A stretch of 64,000 nt of DNA from Marsupella aquatica (Eukaryota; Plantae; Marchantiophyta), in NCBI GenBank assembly GCA_973895155.1, contig OZ316897.1, positions 7,182,470 through 7,246,469 on the forward strand, written 5' to 3'. Made by a program: the position numbers and the translations under genes. The first letter of the stretch is position 1, and the number at the start of each line of letters is the position of its first letter. Under the pieces are notes generated by a model. It did no database searches, had not been told where the DNA came from, and saw only the letters and a list, made by a program, of their open reading frames with translations. Positions 48,605-62,403 of the stretch are shown here, piece by piece.

Positions 48605-50434
48605 AGAATATGGTCATATGAATGGTAGTTCTTCAGAAGATTTCGGAACGCTGTCCCCCTTCTGTGGACCGCTGCTGTTCGTAGAGCAGAGATTGTGTCT
48701 GCCTACATTTCCAGTCCAACACAGCTCGATACACTTCCAAAAATACTCGTATCACTCGGTTGCCTTTTCGGCACAGCGGTATGGAAACTCGTCGGGACAA
48801 ATTTGGGAGTTCTACTAAGATGTTGTTTTCCATTCAAGTAGTGCAGTCTGGTTGACATTAGCAGGAACGAGAGGAAATGAATATTAATATAATCTACATA
48901 GAGATACGACCACATTGGAAGGCAGGATTGTATGAAGGGCCTCTTGCTGCGTTTACAAACGGGACAAAACTGGCAAGGCATGGAATTTTGTAACCCCTCT
49001 GAGATCACGGTAATTCACGGATAACTAAGTTGCCGCTGGTTTAGGCGAACCGGAAAATTCTCGTCACCGGCTCTGTATCACAAAGGAACAGATCTTACTG
49101 AAAAGCACTATCGCAATGTACCCAACTCTAGGTTTCTCCAAATTGATCTCACAAGTGCTGTAGTTCGGTGGCGGTGTACCCGATTTGGAGAACAGCTCTG
49201 CTGTGGTCGCACTTCTGGTTCAGTGGCATTGCGCTCACTTTGGATAAACTTTCGCCCTGATTTCACATTTTGGTTATTTGCTATAGGCGACCATCGCTTG
49301 GTCAAACGATTGTCTTGTATTGTCTTGTTTTGTCTTGTATTGTCTTGTTTTGTTGATTGCTCGGAGCAAGGGAGATGGTTATTTGCTATCTGCGAGCCCG
49401 TTTGGTTTAGGACAATGGTTTAGAACATGATTGTCTTGGACTGTCTTGTTTTGTAGACTCAGTGGGTGAAGTAAGGGAGTGTTTTGTACTATCTTGTTTT
49501 GTAGATTGAGTGAATGGAGAAAGTGGAGCAAGTTCTCTGAGTCACATAGATTGAGTGAGTGGAGCAAAGCAGAAAGTCGTGGAGAAAATCTTGAAGATTG
49601 AGTGAGTAAAAAATGGAACGTAAAGTAAAGTCAAGTGTGTTGCATCACTTGTCCACATATCTCACTATGGAATATGATTGCACTATACTATGTGTGAAGT
49701 ATTAAAATACATTGTACTCTTAGGGTACTGTCATTAAGAAAAGCTCACCTAAAATAAGAAAACAATTGAAATTTTTGTGATGACCTAAAGTGCATTCCCC
49801 TTTTTTTCTTAGTTTTCATTCATCATAAAAGTATTTTTTTGGGTTTTTGTGGATATTTTTTATTTTGAGCAAAATATCCAAGTAATGCCTACTCTCACAA
49901 TTCACGCCAACTTCCCTTGCGAGGTGTCTTAGGTAGCGCCAAATATGTCAATGAAAATTTCATGTTTTTTTTCCAAGATATGCCATTGAAAGTTATGTAA
50001 GCCATAAACTTATTCATGTACTCATGCTTCATTGATGAGCCCTTTCACGCAATTTGTTTTCCAAATCAAGTTTCATTTGATGAACCCCTTCACGCATCTT
50101 TTTTCCAAATCAAATATGACTTGTCCAACTTACAGGTTAAGTTCAGTGCAAGAAAGAGGTTTATTTTGAGATGTTTTTTTTAATCTTTGAATTCTATAGT
50201 GCTCAAGTTGTGCTATCAATGCAAGCCAGTTCTTTCATTGTCCTTTCTCTGTTGTCATTACTTAAAAATTACACTCAGCAAATAGCACGTTGTTAGAATA
50301 TAACAAATAAGTTATCCGGGTTACTTACCTAACCCCAGTTAGGAACCATGTAATCCCTCTTACCATATACATAAACGTCACCCGAGGGAGAAGGGGACAT
50401 TCAATTGGAGAGTTCTAACTGAACACGTTATCAG

Positions 50435-50790
50435 TGTTGAGCATAGACGACATTTGTAACGACAAGCCCATGAACCATCCAACGCACAAGAGTCGACACA
50501 GAGAGATACGTGGTTCACCTCCACATGAGGCTACGTCCACGGGAACACACAAGAGCTTTACTGCACTCCAGACCGACCGGCCATCCCAAGCATCCACAGC
50601 ACAAGCTCTCCCTATCTCTCAACTAGCTCCGTAACAATGAGCCTAAGTTCCCACTCTCCAACAAACACCGCTTGGTTATAGAGTGTGCACAACATGACTA
50701 ACCTAACCAAGTCTGCGACTAAGGTTAGTCTTAACTATGGTACATTCGTAACTCTAGACCTAAGAGTAAATCCTCACAATCTCCCCCTTG
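50435..50790 (-). mobile_element. Copia 3' LTR (50778-50435) with PPT; internal region lost
   Basis: Minus strand CAAGGGGGAGAT|TGTGAGG...GCTCAACA; related to the solo LTR at 34940. Confidence 0.8.
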
Positions 50791-50809
50791 ACTCTGGTCT
50801 AGGGGAGGG

Positions 50810-53800
50810 TAAAGACTGCTACTAATATGATTGCTCAGTGGGAAGTTCTGGAAAGGCAGCGGAATCTTCATCGGCAAATGTGGCTAGGGCTGATGGAGAA
50901 GTTGATTTACTCAATGATGAGTATGTTTTATGAAGCCGGGGGTATGCCCTGTGCACATCATCTAGGAGAGCAGATGATGTGTGGATTCTTGATTGTGCTT
51001 GCTCTTTTCATATTTGTTACATTAGTGAGTTTTTCAGTTCTTACTCTATTTCAAACGGTTAAGTTCTGATGGAAAATGATCATTCTTGTCAAATTGAGGG
51101 AATTGGGTCTGTGAAGATTCAAATGTTTGATGGCGTTGTGCGCATAGTGTCCGGAGTCAGGTATGTACCTGGCATGCGTAAGAATCTGATTTCACTCGGT
51201 GTGTTGGATTCAAATGGTCATCAATGGAGCGTTATTGATGGTGAACTTCAAGTCAGGTCGGGAGAGACAGTGATTTTGAAGGGGAGCAGACAGAAAAATT
51301 TGTATGTGTTACAAGGCAATACTGTATGTGGAGAGGCCAATGTAACGAAGTCTCACGAGGAGATGACTCAACTATGGCATTCACGGCTAGGCCACATGAG
51401 TGAGAAGGGTTTGGCTATCTTACGGAAGAATGGACTCATTTCTGATTTGCAATCTTGTAAATTAGAGTTATGTGAAAATTGCATTCTTGGAAAGCAGCAT
51501 CGTCGTGCTTTCGGTGTTGGAACTCATCGTTCCAAAGCGGTTTTTGAGTACATACATAGTGACGTGTGGGGTCCATCCCCGACTCCCTCACACTCTGGAA
51601 AGTTGTACTATGTATCATTTATTGACGATTACTCAAGATTTATGTGGATTTATTTCATGACGCATAAGTCTGATGTCTTGTCCATTTTTAAGAAGTGAAA
51701 GGCCCAGGTGGAGAATCAGACTGGAAATACGCTCAAGTGTTTGGATACAAGGGTGAAGAGTCTGAGGTCAGAAAACGGCGGGGAGTACACTTCAGTGGAA
51801 TTTGAACAATACTATTCAGAATAGGGGATAACTCGCATCTCACCATAGTTTATACTCCGCAGTAGAATGGTGTCGTTGAGAGGCTCAATCAGACACTATT
51901 GGAGCGATTTCGGAGTATGTTGAGCCAATCAGGTTTACCACAGGAATTTTGGGCAGAAGCTGTCAATACCGCAACTTATTTGGTACATCTTTCTCCTTCT
52001 AGTGCTATCAATTTCAAAACACCGTTTGAGATGCGCTATAAGCGGCAAGCAGACTAACATGGCTTGGTAGTTTTTGGAAGTGATGCATATGTTCTCACAC
52101 CAAAGCAGAATAGGACCAAATTGTATCCTACCTCCAAGAAATGTGTTTTTCTTGGGTACCAGAGTGGTGTGAAAGCCTATAGGCTATGGGATCTTATCGC
52201 CTGTAAGTTTGTTGTCAGTAGGGATGTTTCCTTCAATGAATCCAGATTATTGAAGGAGGGGGAGAATACTCAGGTCTCCCATACTGACAAAGAAAAATCT
52301 CCTATCCCTGATCTCGTTGAGGGGGAGATTGGTCATGAGATGCATGACCGGAGAGAAGGAGTTGCTCCAATTATGGAGTTGGTTCTTGTGCCAGAGGAAC
52401 CAGAGGAGTTTGTTGATGCTGGTGAGCAACAAGTGGATGTTGTTGAGCTTCAAATTGTACCAGCACACGCAGATCAACCAAAGTCATCGGCTAGAAGAAC
52501 ATCTGGTCGCACTGTACGCGCTCCACCAAGGTATGGACAGTGGGTTGATTCATAGTTGCAAGAGGTTGACTTTGTTACTGATGATGAGGGTGATACGTTG
52601 ATTTTGGAAGAAGGGGAACCTTCTTCATTTCATGAAGCAAGTGCTTCAAAGGAGAAGCAAGAGTGGGCTGTAGCAATGCAAACGGAGATGCAGTCACTGA
52701 AGGATAACAAAACTTGGGAGCTTGTCAAGCTGCCTGAGGGACAGCAAGTGGATATACAAGTTGAAGGATCAGTCCACAGGAGGTGGATCAAAGGTCTACA
52801 AGACTAGGTTGGTAGCCAAGAGATTCACACAAGAAAAGGTGTGGATTACAATGAGGTCTTCTCATCAGTTGCTAAGTACTCAACAATACGGCTATTGTGT
52901 GTGCTTGTTGTTATGTTTGGTCTGCTACTAGATCAAATGGATGTTGTCACAGCTTTCCTCTATGGCACCTTGGAAGAGGTCATCTTCATGAGACAGCCGC
53001 TAGGTTTTGTGAAGAAAGGGCAAGAGGATTTGGTTTGCAGATTGCTAAGATCCTTGTACGGGTTGAAGCAGTCACCAAGACAATGGAATAAGCGGTTTGA
53101 TGATTGGATCCGTGCACAAGGCTTTCACAGGAGTGTGTTTGACCCATGTGTGTATCTTAAACCGGTGAAGAATGTTGTTTTTGGGTTCATTGTTTTAGTA
53201 CTTTATGTGGATGATATGCTTATTGCGGCCAAGGATAGGTCTAAGATTGTTAAGCTCAAGGCACTGCTTAGTGCAGAGTTTAAGATGAAGGACTTAGGGC
53301 CAACTAAGAGAATTTTGGGTATAAAGATCACTAGGGACTTGAAGGCTGGTAAGCTATGGTTGACGCAGAGCAGTTATGCGAGGAAGGTAATTGCAAGGTT
53401 CAACATGGGGGATAGCAAGCCAGTAAGTACCCCGTTGGCTCCACACTTCAAGTTGTCATCAGCTTTCTATCCTACGGATGACACAGAGAAGGGGTTGATG
53501 TCAAAGGTTCCGTATGACAAGGCAGTGGGGAGTCTCATGTATTTGATGACTTGCACTAGACCTGATCTTGCCATGGCTATGGGCAAGGTGAGCAGGTACA
53601 TGTCGAATCCAGGGAAGGTACACTGGGAAGCAGTGAAGTGGATTATTTGGTATTTGAATGGTACCGTGGATCACGGTCTATTGTTTGATGCACATGCTGA
53701 TAATACTAGATCATTGATGGGCTATGTAGATGCTGACTATGCACAGGATCTGGATCAAAGGAGGTCAATAACAGGTTATGTGTTCACATTGGGAGGTGGA

Positions 53801-53910
53801 TGCATAAGTTGGAGGTCTACTTTGCAGAAGTGTATTGCTCAGTCTACTACAGAAGCGGAGTATGGTGCAGCAGCGAAAGCAACAAAGGAAGCAATTTGGT
53901 TGGATAGACT
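50810..53910 (+). pseudogene. Ty1/Copia pol remnant (Tnt1-like): PR-INT-RT-RH, interrupted in RNase H
   Basis: WILDCACSFHI, LWHSRLGH, HSDVWGP, KCVFLGY, QMDVVTAFL, SLYGLKQSPRQW, LYVDDML, GYVDADYA, STTEAEY; many stops and frameshifts. Confidence 0.93.
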
Positions 53911-55560
53911 GCCGTGGCTCATGACTTCGGCTCGCCCTTAGCCCCCAGGGAGACACCAGTCCCCTCATATATGCTTCTGGAGACCTGCCACCCTCGGACC
54001 AGCTTTGGTCCCTAAACATTTGGCCCCCAACCCAGATCCTATTGCGCATAATGGGCGCGCCACCAATTGCCAATGCCCATACCTTTCTTGTCAGGCATCC
54101 GCAAGCAGAGTGCCTTAGCCCATTGTGATTGGGCCGACCCAGTGCTCATGCCTAGGCCCTCAGGTCTCATCACCGCTTGGGGCCCGCAATCGGCCCAACC
54201 CAGATTGGGCCATAACTCGCTCCCCAAGCGTCCGTTGCCCATGGCGTCAACTCCATGGGCCTTGGGCCCAAGAGGAGCTCACACTCAAGCCCTCTGAACT
54301 CAAAGTCCATCCGGAGGTCCGGACGGTCATCCTTGAGCCCGGCCCATTTCCCCTTGACCCGACCAGATCTCAGCTAGTCCAAGTCCTTAGTATGTGTCAC
54401 CAGCTTTGGCTCCTTGCCTTCGCTAGCGCCACGTCTCGTTGCCCACAAGTCTCCCCATGCTAAGTACTCCCTGGATGGCCTATCCGGGCCTGGACCATAA
54501 GGGAGCTTGGCATTGGAGTCAGCAACGCCGAAGCTAAGTGTTAAGGTAGTCGAGTTCCGCGACTTCTCCCCACAAAAATACAAATAGCAAGGTGCGAGAG
54601 AGACACTACAAGCCTTAAGAAACTGTCAAGCAAAGGCAAAAAGGAATAACCAATTAAAAAATCAGGAGGAGAGCGCGATCAACGAATAGAGAATCAAAAG
54701 AGAGAATCGAGAAGCAAACAAATGGAAATGAGAGCGAAACCTACAAGGACAGGTCACACAATATTCAAAGAGAAGAATCAAGACACAAAGAATGAGCATT
54801 GGGTCAAAAGACATCACAGTAGCAAGCAGGCACCGCGGCAGGCTGTACCACTTGTTTGTCGTCGAAAACAGAAGAGCCAAAAATCAAGAACCCATAAGGA
54901 CGAGGTCGAATCCATTGCTTGAACCTGATTTGAGATCGCGAGGGAGAGAAAGAAACCCATAAAGACAACTAAAGCATGGATGTGATCAATCGAGGCGAAG
55001 AGCACAGCCCCTAGACCAAAGGACGCAGCAAAAAGGCAGAATAAAAAAGAGGACGTGAGGAACCAAGGAGGCAAGGAAAACGGCAACAACGGGAAGCAAA
55101 AACCACAACAAAAATGAGAATTAACCCGATAAGTGCTACCCTCCTTAATCGCAAAATCCTTCAAAGCAAATTACTCATATAAAAGAAATTGTGCACTAAA
55201 CCAGGGAAGCGCACAAACCGCAAACCACTCATAACTGCAAACCAAAAACAAAGAGAATTCCATTTACAAGAGAACCTAGTGCAGTTAACCACATACACAA
55301 GGAAAAACAAACCTAAGTGCAAACCCTAAAAAGCACTTCATGATCCTTTATGCTTAATTTGCATGCAGAATTAAACCTAAAATGCATTTAGGGTTAATAG
55401 AAAAAGAACCTTACATTAATAAGGCAAAACTCTAAAATGCAAAAACGAGAAAGAAAAATCAACTTCTTTGATTTTCCGAAAGCGCACAGTAACAATAACC
55501 CAACAAAACACAGGCACTAAGAACCAACCTATTTTTTAAACCTCGCATACGTTATAAACC

Positions 55561-55584
55561 TAACCCTAACCCTAACCCTAACCC
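55561..55584. repeat. (TAACCC)4 telomere-like tract
   Basis: Directly visible, ~25 bp upstream of the gag ATG. Confidence 0.9.
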
Positions 55585-55608
55585 TATTTAACCTAGAACC
55601 CAAAAGAT

Positions 55609-58455
55609 ATGGCATCCATAGAGAAGCTGAACTTCCTCCCATTGACCATCGAGGGGGAGAACTACCTCTCCTGGACACTAGATGTCAAAGCTAACCTAAT
55701 AGCTAAAGACATATATGAAACCATAATAACCGATCAGGGCACAACAACCCAACAGAAGGCGAGAGCCTTAGTGTTCATAAGACACCAGCTCGTAGAACCA
55801 CTAAAGCTGCAATATCTTAACGAGGAAAATCCCAAGAACCTCTGGGATCAACTCAAAGAGAGATATGACCATACTAAGACCATACACTTACCTAGAGCCC
55901 GCCACGACTGGGCTAACCTCCGCGTCCAAGACCATACGTCAATAGTTAACTATTATAGCAAATTGTTTTGCATCACATCCCAGTTGGCCCTATGCAGCCA
56001 ACCAATCGGTGATGAAGAACAAATAGAAAAGACACTATCAACCTTCCACTCGGGCAACATAATACTCTCATCACAATACAGAAACATGAAGTTCACGAGA
56101 TACTCTGAACTTATAGCTCATATGTTGCTGGCCGAACTCTTGAAGAACTCAAAGATGCAACCCCCGGGAACCCTGCCATCACCCCCAACCACCGAGACAA
56201 ACTTTGGAGAGCCTTCCAGCAACAGAGGAGGCCAACGGGGCGGCTTTAGCCGCAACGGTAGAGGACGACCGGCCTTCAGAGGAGGACGTCAGTTCAGAGG
56301 CAGAAGATCCAATTACCTCAGGGGGAGAGGCAGAGGCCGCAGAGTTGGAGGAGGCCACAGACGAGGAAGATCAAGCTCCACCTACACCCGTGGAGGATTG
56401 GGAAGACCAGGAAGACCAACCCAACGGGGCAGTTCATCCCAACAATACTCAGGAAGACCAGCCGTGGAGTGCTTCCGATGCGGCACCAAGGGCCACTCAC
56501 AGAAACTGTGCCGCATACCGGCACACCTAGCAGAACTATACCAATAGAGTAGAAATAATAGAACTCTAGAGGCACATCATGGTACTTTTCTAGAACAGGA
56601 CGAACACCTAGAAAACTACATCCATGACGAGACCACCCATGAGACACATATGATTACACACCAGCATGATTCCTTACCTTTAAATGACATTAGAACTTGC
56701 ATTGTAGACAGTGGCACGTCCCACACTATATTAAAGTGCAGGGACTATTTCACTCACATTACCCCCTCCCACAAAAATACGACTACCATCATGGGGAGTA
56801 ACCAGATAGAAGAGGGTAATGGACCCGCCACCATCACGTTACCCCAGGGCACTACTATCCATATTAAATCAGCCATCTACACACCTAATGCCACTAGGAA
56901 CTTGATTAGCTTCAAGGACATTAGGGATAACGGATACCATATCCACACTAGCACAGATAAAAACCAGGAAGTAATTCATATCTTAAAGAATACTTCCGAT
57001 GGAATGCTAATAAAAGAAACACTTTTTGCATATCCACTGGGTTTCTATGTCACACAATTGAATGCTTTCCATTCAACTACGCATGAGACATCACCATATG
57101 ACCTATGGCATACCAGGCTTGGACACCCTGGCATGACAATGTTTCACAAGATGAAACGAGTAACCCATGGACGCATGTCCAACAAACCATAATCAGTCTT
57201 GCATGGCATGTTCACAAGGAAAATTAATCCTTAGACCTTCCGTCTCCAAGACAATCCATGAAATGCCTAGATTCTTGGAACGAGTGCATGCAGACGTATG
57301 TGGACCTATAGAACCACCAAGCGGACCATTTTTGTTTTTCCTAGTCATTATTGATGCATCCTCAAAATGGTAGCAAGTTTCATTGCTTTCCACACAAAAC
57401 ATGGTTTTCCCACGGCTTTTAGAACACATCCTCAAGCTAAAAGCCCAATTCCCTGAAAACCCTATCAAAATGATCAGGGTTGATAATGCAAGCAAATTTA
57501 CTTTGAAAACATTTGAAGACTTCTGCATGGCTACAGGGATAGACACCCAATAACCCGTATCCCATGTATATTTCCAAAATGACATCGCTGAATCTATCAT
57601 TAAGAGAATACAGATGATAGCAAGACCCATGCTTATGCAAATGTAGTTACCCACAACTGCCTGGGGTCGCGCTGTACTACATGCAGCATCGGCGTACAAT
57701 GACCAAACTCCACACCACCTAGCCTTTGGAGTAGACCCTGACTTATCACATGTCAGGACTTTTGGTTTCCAGGTACTAGTCCCCATAATGGGACCCAAAC
57801 GTACTAAGATGGGACCTCAAAGATAGAAAGGCATTTACGTTGGCTTTGAGTCACCTTCCATAATCAGGTACTTAGAACCATCGACTGCCGATGTCTTTCA
57901 AGCGAGGTTGAACCCTAACTGCCATTTTTACAAGAATGTTTTCCCCAAACTGTTTGAAGGAAAATGGCAATTTGAACAACCTCGTAATCTAGAATTACGA
58001 TGGCGGACTCAGTCCACTATTTGGAACGATCTACGGACACGACAGTGCAAAGAAGAAATCCGTAGAATAGTACAATTAACAAAGACTGTGGAGAAAATGC
58101 CAGACGCATTTATAGACATTGTGCAAGTGACCAGATCACATATCCTTGCCGCAAATGCTCCCGCACGTCTACAAGAATCCACACAATTGGCCACGGACCA
58201 ACCACCAAGAGTAAAACGTGGATGTCCCTTGGGATCTAAAGATACCCAACCAAGACAAAGAAAAACAACAATAATATCACTTGCAATACCAGAAGTGATA
58301 CCCACACCAAATCCTGTGGAAATCCCAGAAAATGAAGAAATCTCAATTCACTACATGAATACTGGGACCATTTGGAATAGAAATAATATTCCTATGGATA
58401 ACAACTTTGCCTACCATATTTCCCAAAATATCATGGATACACAACCTGACCCTAA
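55609..58455 (+). pseudogene. Ty1/Copia gag-PR-INT remnant (Bianca-like), truncated before RT
   Basis: ENYLSWTLD.., CFRCGTKGH..C, IVDSGTSHTIL, LWHTRLGHPG, HADVCGPIEPPSGPF, GIYVGFESPSII; multiple stops. Confidence 0.88.
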
Positions 58456-59399
58456 AGGAAACCGCCAAACGGAAATGACGATATCTTTCTAACGGGAAGT
58501 CTGTTGGAGGACTTCTTAGGTGCGTTGGAAAGCTCTTGAGGAGGGCTACGCCCTTCTGAGCTCAACTGGGTCTGGGGGTGCCATGGTTCTTGTGGTTTGC
58601 GGGTGTTAGCTCGCCTGCTTGCCAAATCCTGCCGAACAGCAGCCAAGCCGCGTTCAGCCTCCAAGGGAGCTTGCGTTGGGGAGGCAAGGCCAAGTAGGTA
58701 TGGAGGCTGAGCCCCAAGGGCGCTTGGTCCCTAGACCATCAGTGGGGCGAACCGGGAATGGGAGTTAGAGTCGGGGCCATTCTGGTCCCGGCGTGTTGAG
58801 ACAAGCTTGGGACAAGCTTTAGGACAAGCTATGCTAATTGGGCCATGAGCATGTCCTGAGGTCAGGACGGTCAGTTGGCGATGGATAGGTACGAGGGGGA
58901 ACCCAGGCCGCGCCCAAGGAAGGAGCTATCCTGGATGGACAGTGGGCGTGGGTTCTGGTTCCGGCTTATGGCATCGGGAGGACCTATTGCTGACCTATTG
59001 CTGACCTATTTACCAACGTCTGTTGAGCTTGAGTTAGGATGCTAGACTGGGCGAGTTCTAGATCCGGAGGAGTTACTTACCGAGATGCTTGGTTGTTTGT
59101 GCAAACGGTGAGGACCGTTGAGTAGCGGTCGTGTAGGTGAGCAAGTGCGGCTTTGTATGGGAGTGGCCGCAGGGGGTGCTAGAGGCACTTGGATGCTTGC
59201 TCGAGGTATTCCGTGGAGGGGTTCGGGCACCAAGGGCACTTAGGCGCAAGTGCTGGGATTGGTGAGGGCGCTGGGTGGCGAGGTCCACCACTGATTCACT
59301 GATTAAATGCCAAGTGTTCGGACCTATTGTCCCAGCACCAACAGACACCCACTTAACGGATTATAAGTGGACATTTGTTAGAAAGAGAAACGCACAAGG

Positions 59400-59420
59400 T
59401 TTAGGGTTTAGGGTTTAGGG
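59400..59420. repeat. (TTTAGGG)3 telomere-like tract
   Basis: Directly visible upstream of the ORF-C remnant. Confidence 0.9.
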
Positions 59421-59446
59421 TTTACTTTATACAGACTACCCTACAC

Positions 59447-60650
59447 ATGATTGAGCCACGGTCCGAGATCTCCCTTTGTATGATCGTACAGGTGGAAGAG
59501 TACAAACGGCGGAACTGGGCCCAATTCTTTTGCCGTAGGTTCTCAGGGGAGGTTAGGCGGGCTCAAGGAGGTATGTCTATCGGGGGAAGGACCTACCTAG
59601 GAAGTCACATCGCCATCATCCTTGCCTGGTACAAGGCGCGGTGGGAGGCCAGGGGAAAGAATATGGCCACCTCAGCCCTGACTAGCGTCGCCCCCGCTAC
59701 GGAGGAGGCTACCTCGAGCGAGCGGACCACTACGCCTCGAGAAAACCCTGATCCCGTGGCCCCGACTAATACTTTGCCACCTCCTCCCATTGATATCCCG
59801 CCGCCCCCTTCCGTCGAGCCTCCGCTACCCCCAGTGCAACCACCCCAATCCCTCCACCACCTAAAGAGACCTTCCCCTCCCTGTTGCAGACTATAGAGGA
59901 GGTTGCTGCCCTGCTCAAAGAACCACCAGTGCCCAAAAGGATGGAGGACTACCAAGTAGCCCCGGGGACCATGGCCTACGACCTGGTCCAGAAGTTTAGC
60001 CAGACTCTGTCAGGGGAGTTGGCGACATACATCGGGCAACAGGTCTCGGCGTACTTCCAACCAGCCTTCTTCATGTTAGAGCACCAACCATGGATTGTAA
60101 GCCGCTTGGAGGAAGAACTCATGGCAAAGGGGAACGAGATTGGGCACCTCCAAATGCTAGTAGAACACCTCGAAGAGGAGGCCACCACCTGCCGTGAAGA
60201 GTTAGTCCTCACCGTTGAACAATGGGAAGGACTCAACCAAGAGTTGAGCGCGGCGCAAGCAGATCTCAAGAAGTTGGACGACACTGTGCTTCAGTTGCGC
60301 TCAAAATCCTGGCTTGGGTTACCAACCTGACCAATCTCAACAACCAATTCCTGCAGGCAGCTCAACAGGTGGCTAGTCTCTCCGCCGAGCGAGATAAATT
60401 GCTGGTGCAGAACCAGACCCATCGTGACTCCATCGGCCAGCTCAGCCTAGAGGTAGCACGGCTCCAGACCGAGGCCGATAAAGCTGCGAACGAGGCAGAG
60501 GAGGCGGTACGGGATAACAAGGCCTTGTAGGATTGCATTACCCTACTCGTCAGCCAGCGGGCAAGACCTGGACCCACCTCTGATCAAGGCGGCTCAAGGT
60601 CTTGCCCCGACAAGGGGACAAACCCTGGTCCAACCACAACATGCACGTAA
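59447..60650 (+). pseudogene. ORF-C remnant: retroelement accessory protein with ORF-A/B-like architecture
   Basis: RRNWAQFFCRRF..GGRTYLGSHIAIIL, then a Pro-rich linker and coiled coil, spread across three frames. Confidence 0.5.
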
Positions 60651-61766
60651 GGGGTGGTTAGCGGAGGGTGCAGCATCTTTTTTAGCGGGGGTGTTAGCGG
60701 AGGGTGCAACATCTTTTTTATTAGGCTTAACAACAGAATATTAGGCATCGATTAGCGATGCAGTAGGAAGAATTAGGATAGGGTCAGTTAGGATCAGCCG
60801 ACATAGGATAGAGTCCATCAACGAACTAGAATTTTGGTCAGTAGACTTAGCTAGAGGTTTTTCCCCGTGACAGGAAACAGAAAACAGTAACAATCATAAC
60901 AGGAAAAAGAGAGGAACAAAACAGGAGATTTGGTACTAGCATACACAAAAGATGACATAATTATGGACAAAAAAGGAGACCAATTTCAATAGGAACTCCA
61001 ATATGTTTAAAGTTCTATACAGCAATTATGGAAAGACAAGTTTTACTAGCGCCGAGCGCTAACCAAGAGTTTGTTGCCGTTCAAAACAACATTAACAAAA
61101 TGTCCGTTCAACGTATCGTCGAATGATCGAAATTCCTATAAACCATGCAGATTCTCCCTTCCTACGATGAACTGGAGTTCTCCGACATTCAAAATTGGCT
61201 GGCTCGGTAAGACCAAATCCATCGGATCAAGCTTAAAGATTGTTTTGTAAGAGGGTTTCCAACTGACAGGAACCAGATTCCAGTAACAGGAAACAACCAA
61301 TTTCAACAATAAAATAACCACTAATAGTATTCGCATCATATTTGGAGGACACTAGAAAAAAGAGAGTTGAAAGACACAATTTTACAGAGGCGGGTTTACA
61401 TAATTGTGGAGGAGAATAGAACATATATTAGTAGCGCCAGGCGCTAGCGACACGCGCTACTTGAAAAAGAAATTACATTGATATCCAGAAGGTAATAAAA
61501 GTCCATAACCTTCGAGAAAAAGAAATAACCCTAATAACATACTCAAAAAACCTAATGCGATAATAAAACGGAAGGAGCAATAAAGCTAACTCGGCCAAAC
61601 CGGAGCCCCGTTCAAAAAGATGACATGAATCAAACTCATGAACGACTCCAATGATGAGATGAAAGCTAGCGCCAGGCGCTAGTGTCGAAGAAGAAATCCA
61701 CACTCTCTAGGACGTAGAAGACATGCAGTTGTCGTCCAATCCAGCTTTGAACCTATCCTCATCCTG

Positions 61767-62174
61767 TCAAAACCCATCCTCTTGATCCAAAAGAAACAAG
61801 GTCCAAGATAGCGACTCTGACTCCGGTCGTTCGGGATGTTCGAATCTGAAAAGCTCACACATCCGGTGTCTGCTTGGATGTCTCTGAAAAACTGTCCTTT
61901 CCACCCGATACACATTGGAAGGATCCGGGTCGTGAATAGAGAACCTCTCTCGGAAAGGAAGTGGAGGCGAAGGATCACGCGACGGAAGGTATCCAAATCT
62001 GTGGCTAATACCCTCATCCGGGGCCAGCCACAACCTGTTCCTCTCGGTCGACGTCTCTGGGCATTGCGTAAAAGACGGAGTCAAATCTAAACCCGGATCT
62101 CTAATCGACCTCCAAACCATCGCCTTTGGCGGATTGCGGCTCTCCGATTTTGATATTTGCTTCCCCTTATCCAT
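61767..62174 (-). other. Possible decayed ORF of unknown function (MDKGKQ...)
   Basis: Open frame preceded by a pyrimidine-rich repeated leader; no recognisable motif. Confidence 0.3.
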
Positions 62175-62344
62175 GGAGTCAATGGAAACAACGGATGCAA
62201 AACTCAGGGAGAAGAGAAGAGGTGAGTCCGGGCAGACCAGAAACAAAACAAAGGGAAGAGGTGAGTCTGGGCAGTGCACAAACAAAACAAAGGGAAGAGG
62301 TGAGTCAGCCACTCACAGAAATGAAAGGGAGAAATGCGTTTAGG

Positions 62345-62403
62345 GTTGAACAAACACGAAGTTGAACAAACCCGAAGTTGAACAAACCCAAAGTTGAACA
62401 AAC
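62345..62403. repeat. 15-bp repeat GTTGAACAAAC(A/C)CGAA x ~4
   Basis: Directly visible. Confidence 0.85.

Noticed and set aside
50291-50434. TGTTAG-initiated segment as the 5' LTR of the downstream Copia
   Set aside because: Plausible, but no partner LTR, PBS or TSD in the window.
53911-60872. One LTR element from TGCCGTGG (53911) to CCGTGACA (60872)
   Set aside because: No matching TSD, no terminal direct repeats found, and the interrupted Copia does not resume after 60872. Treated as unresolved fragments.
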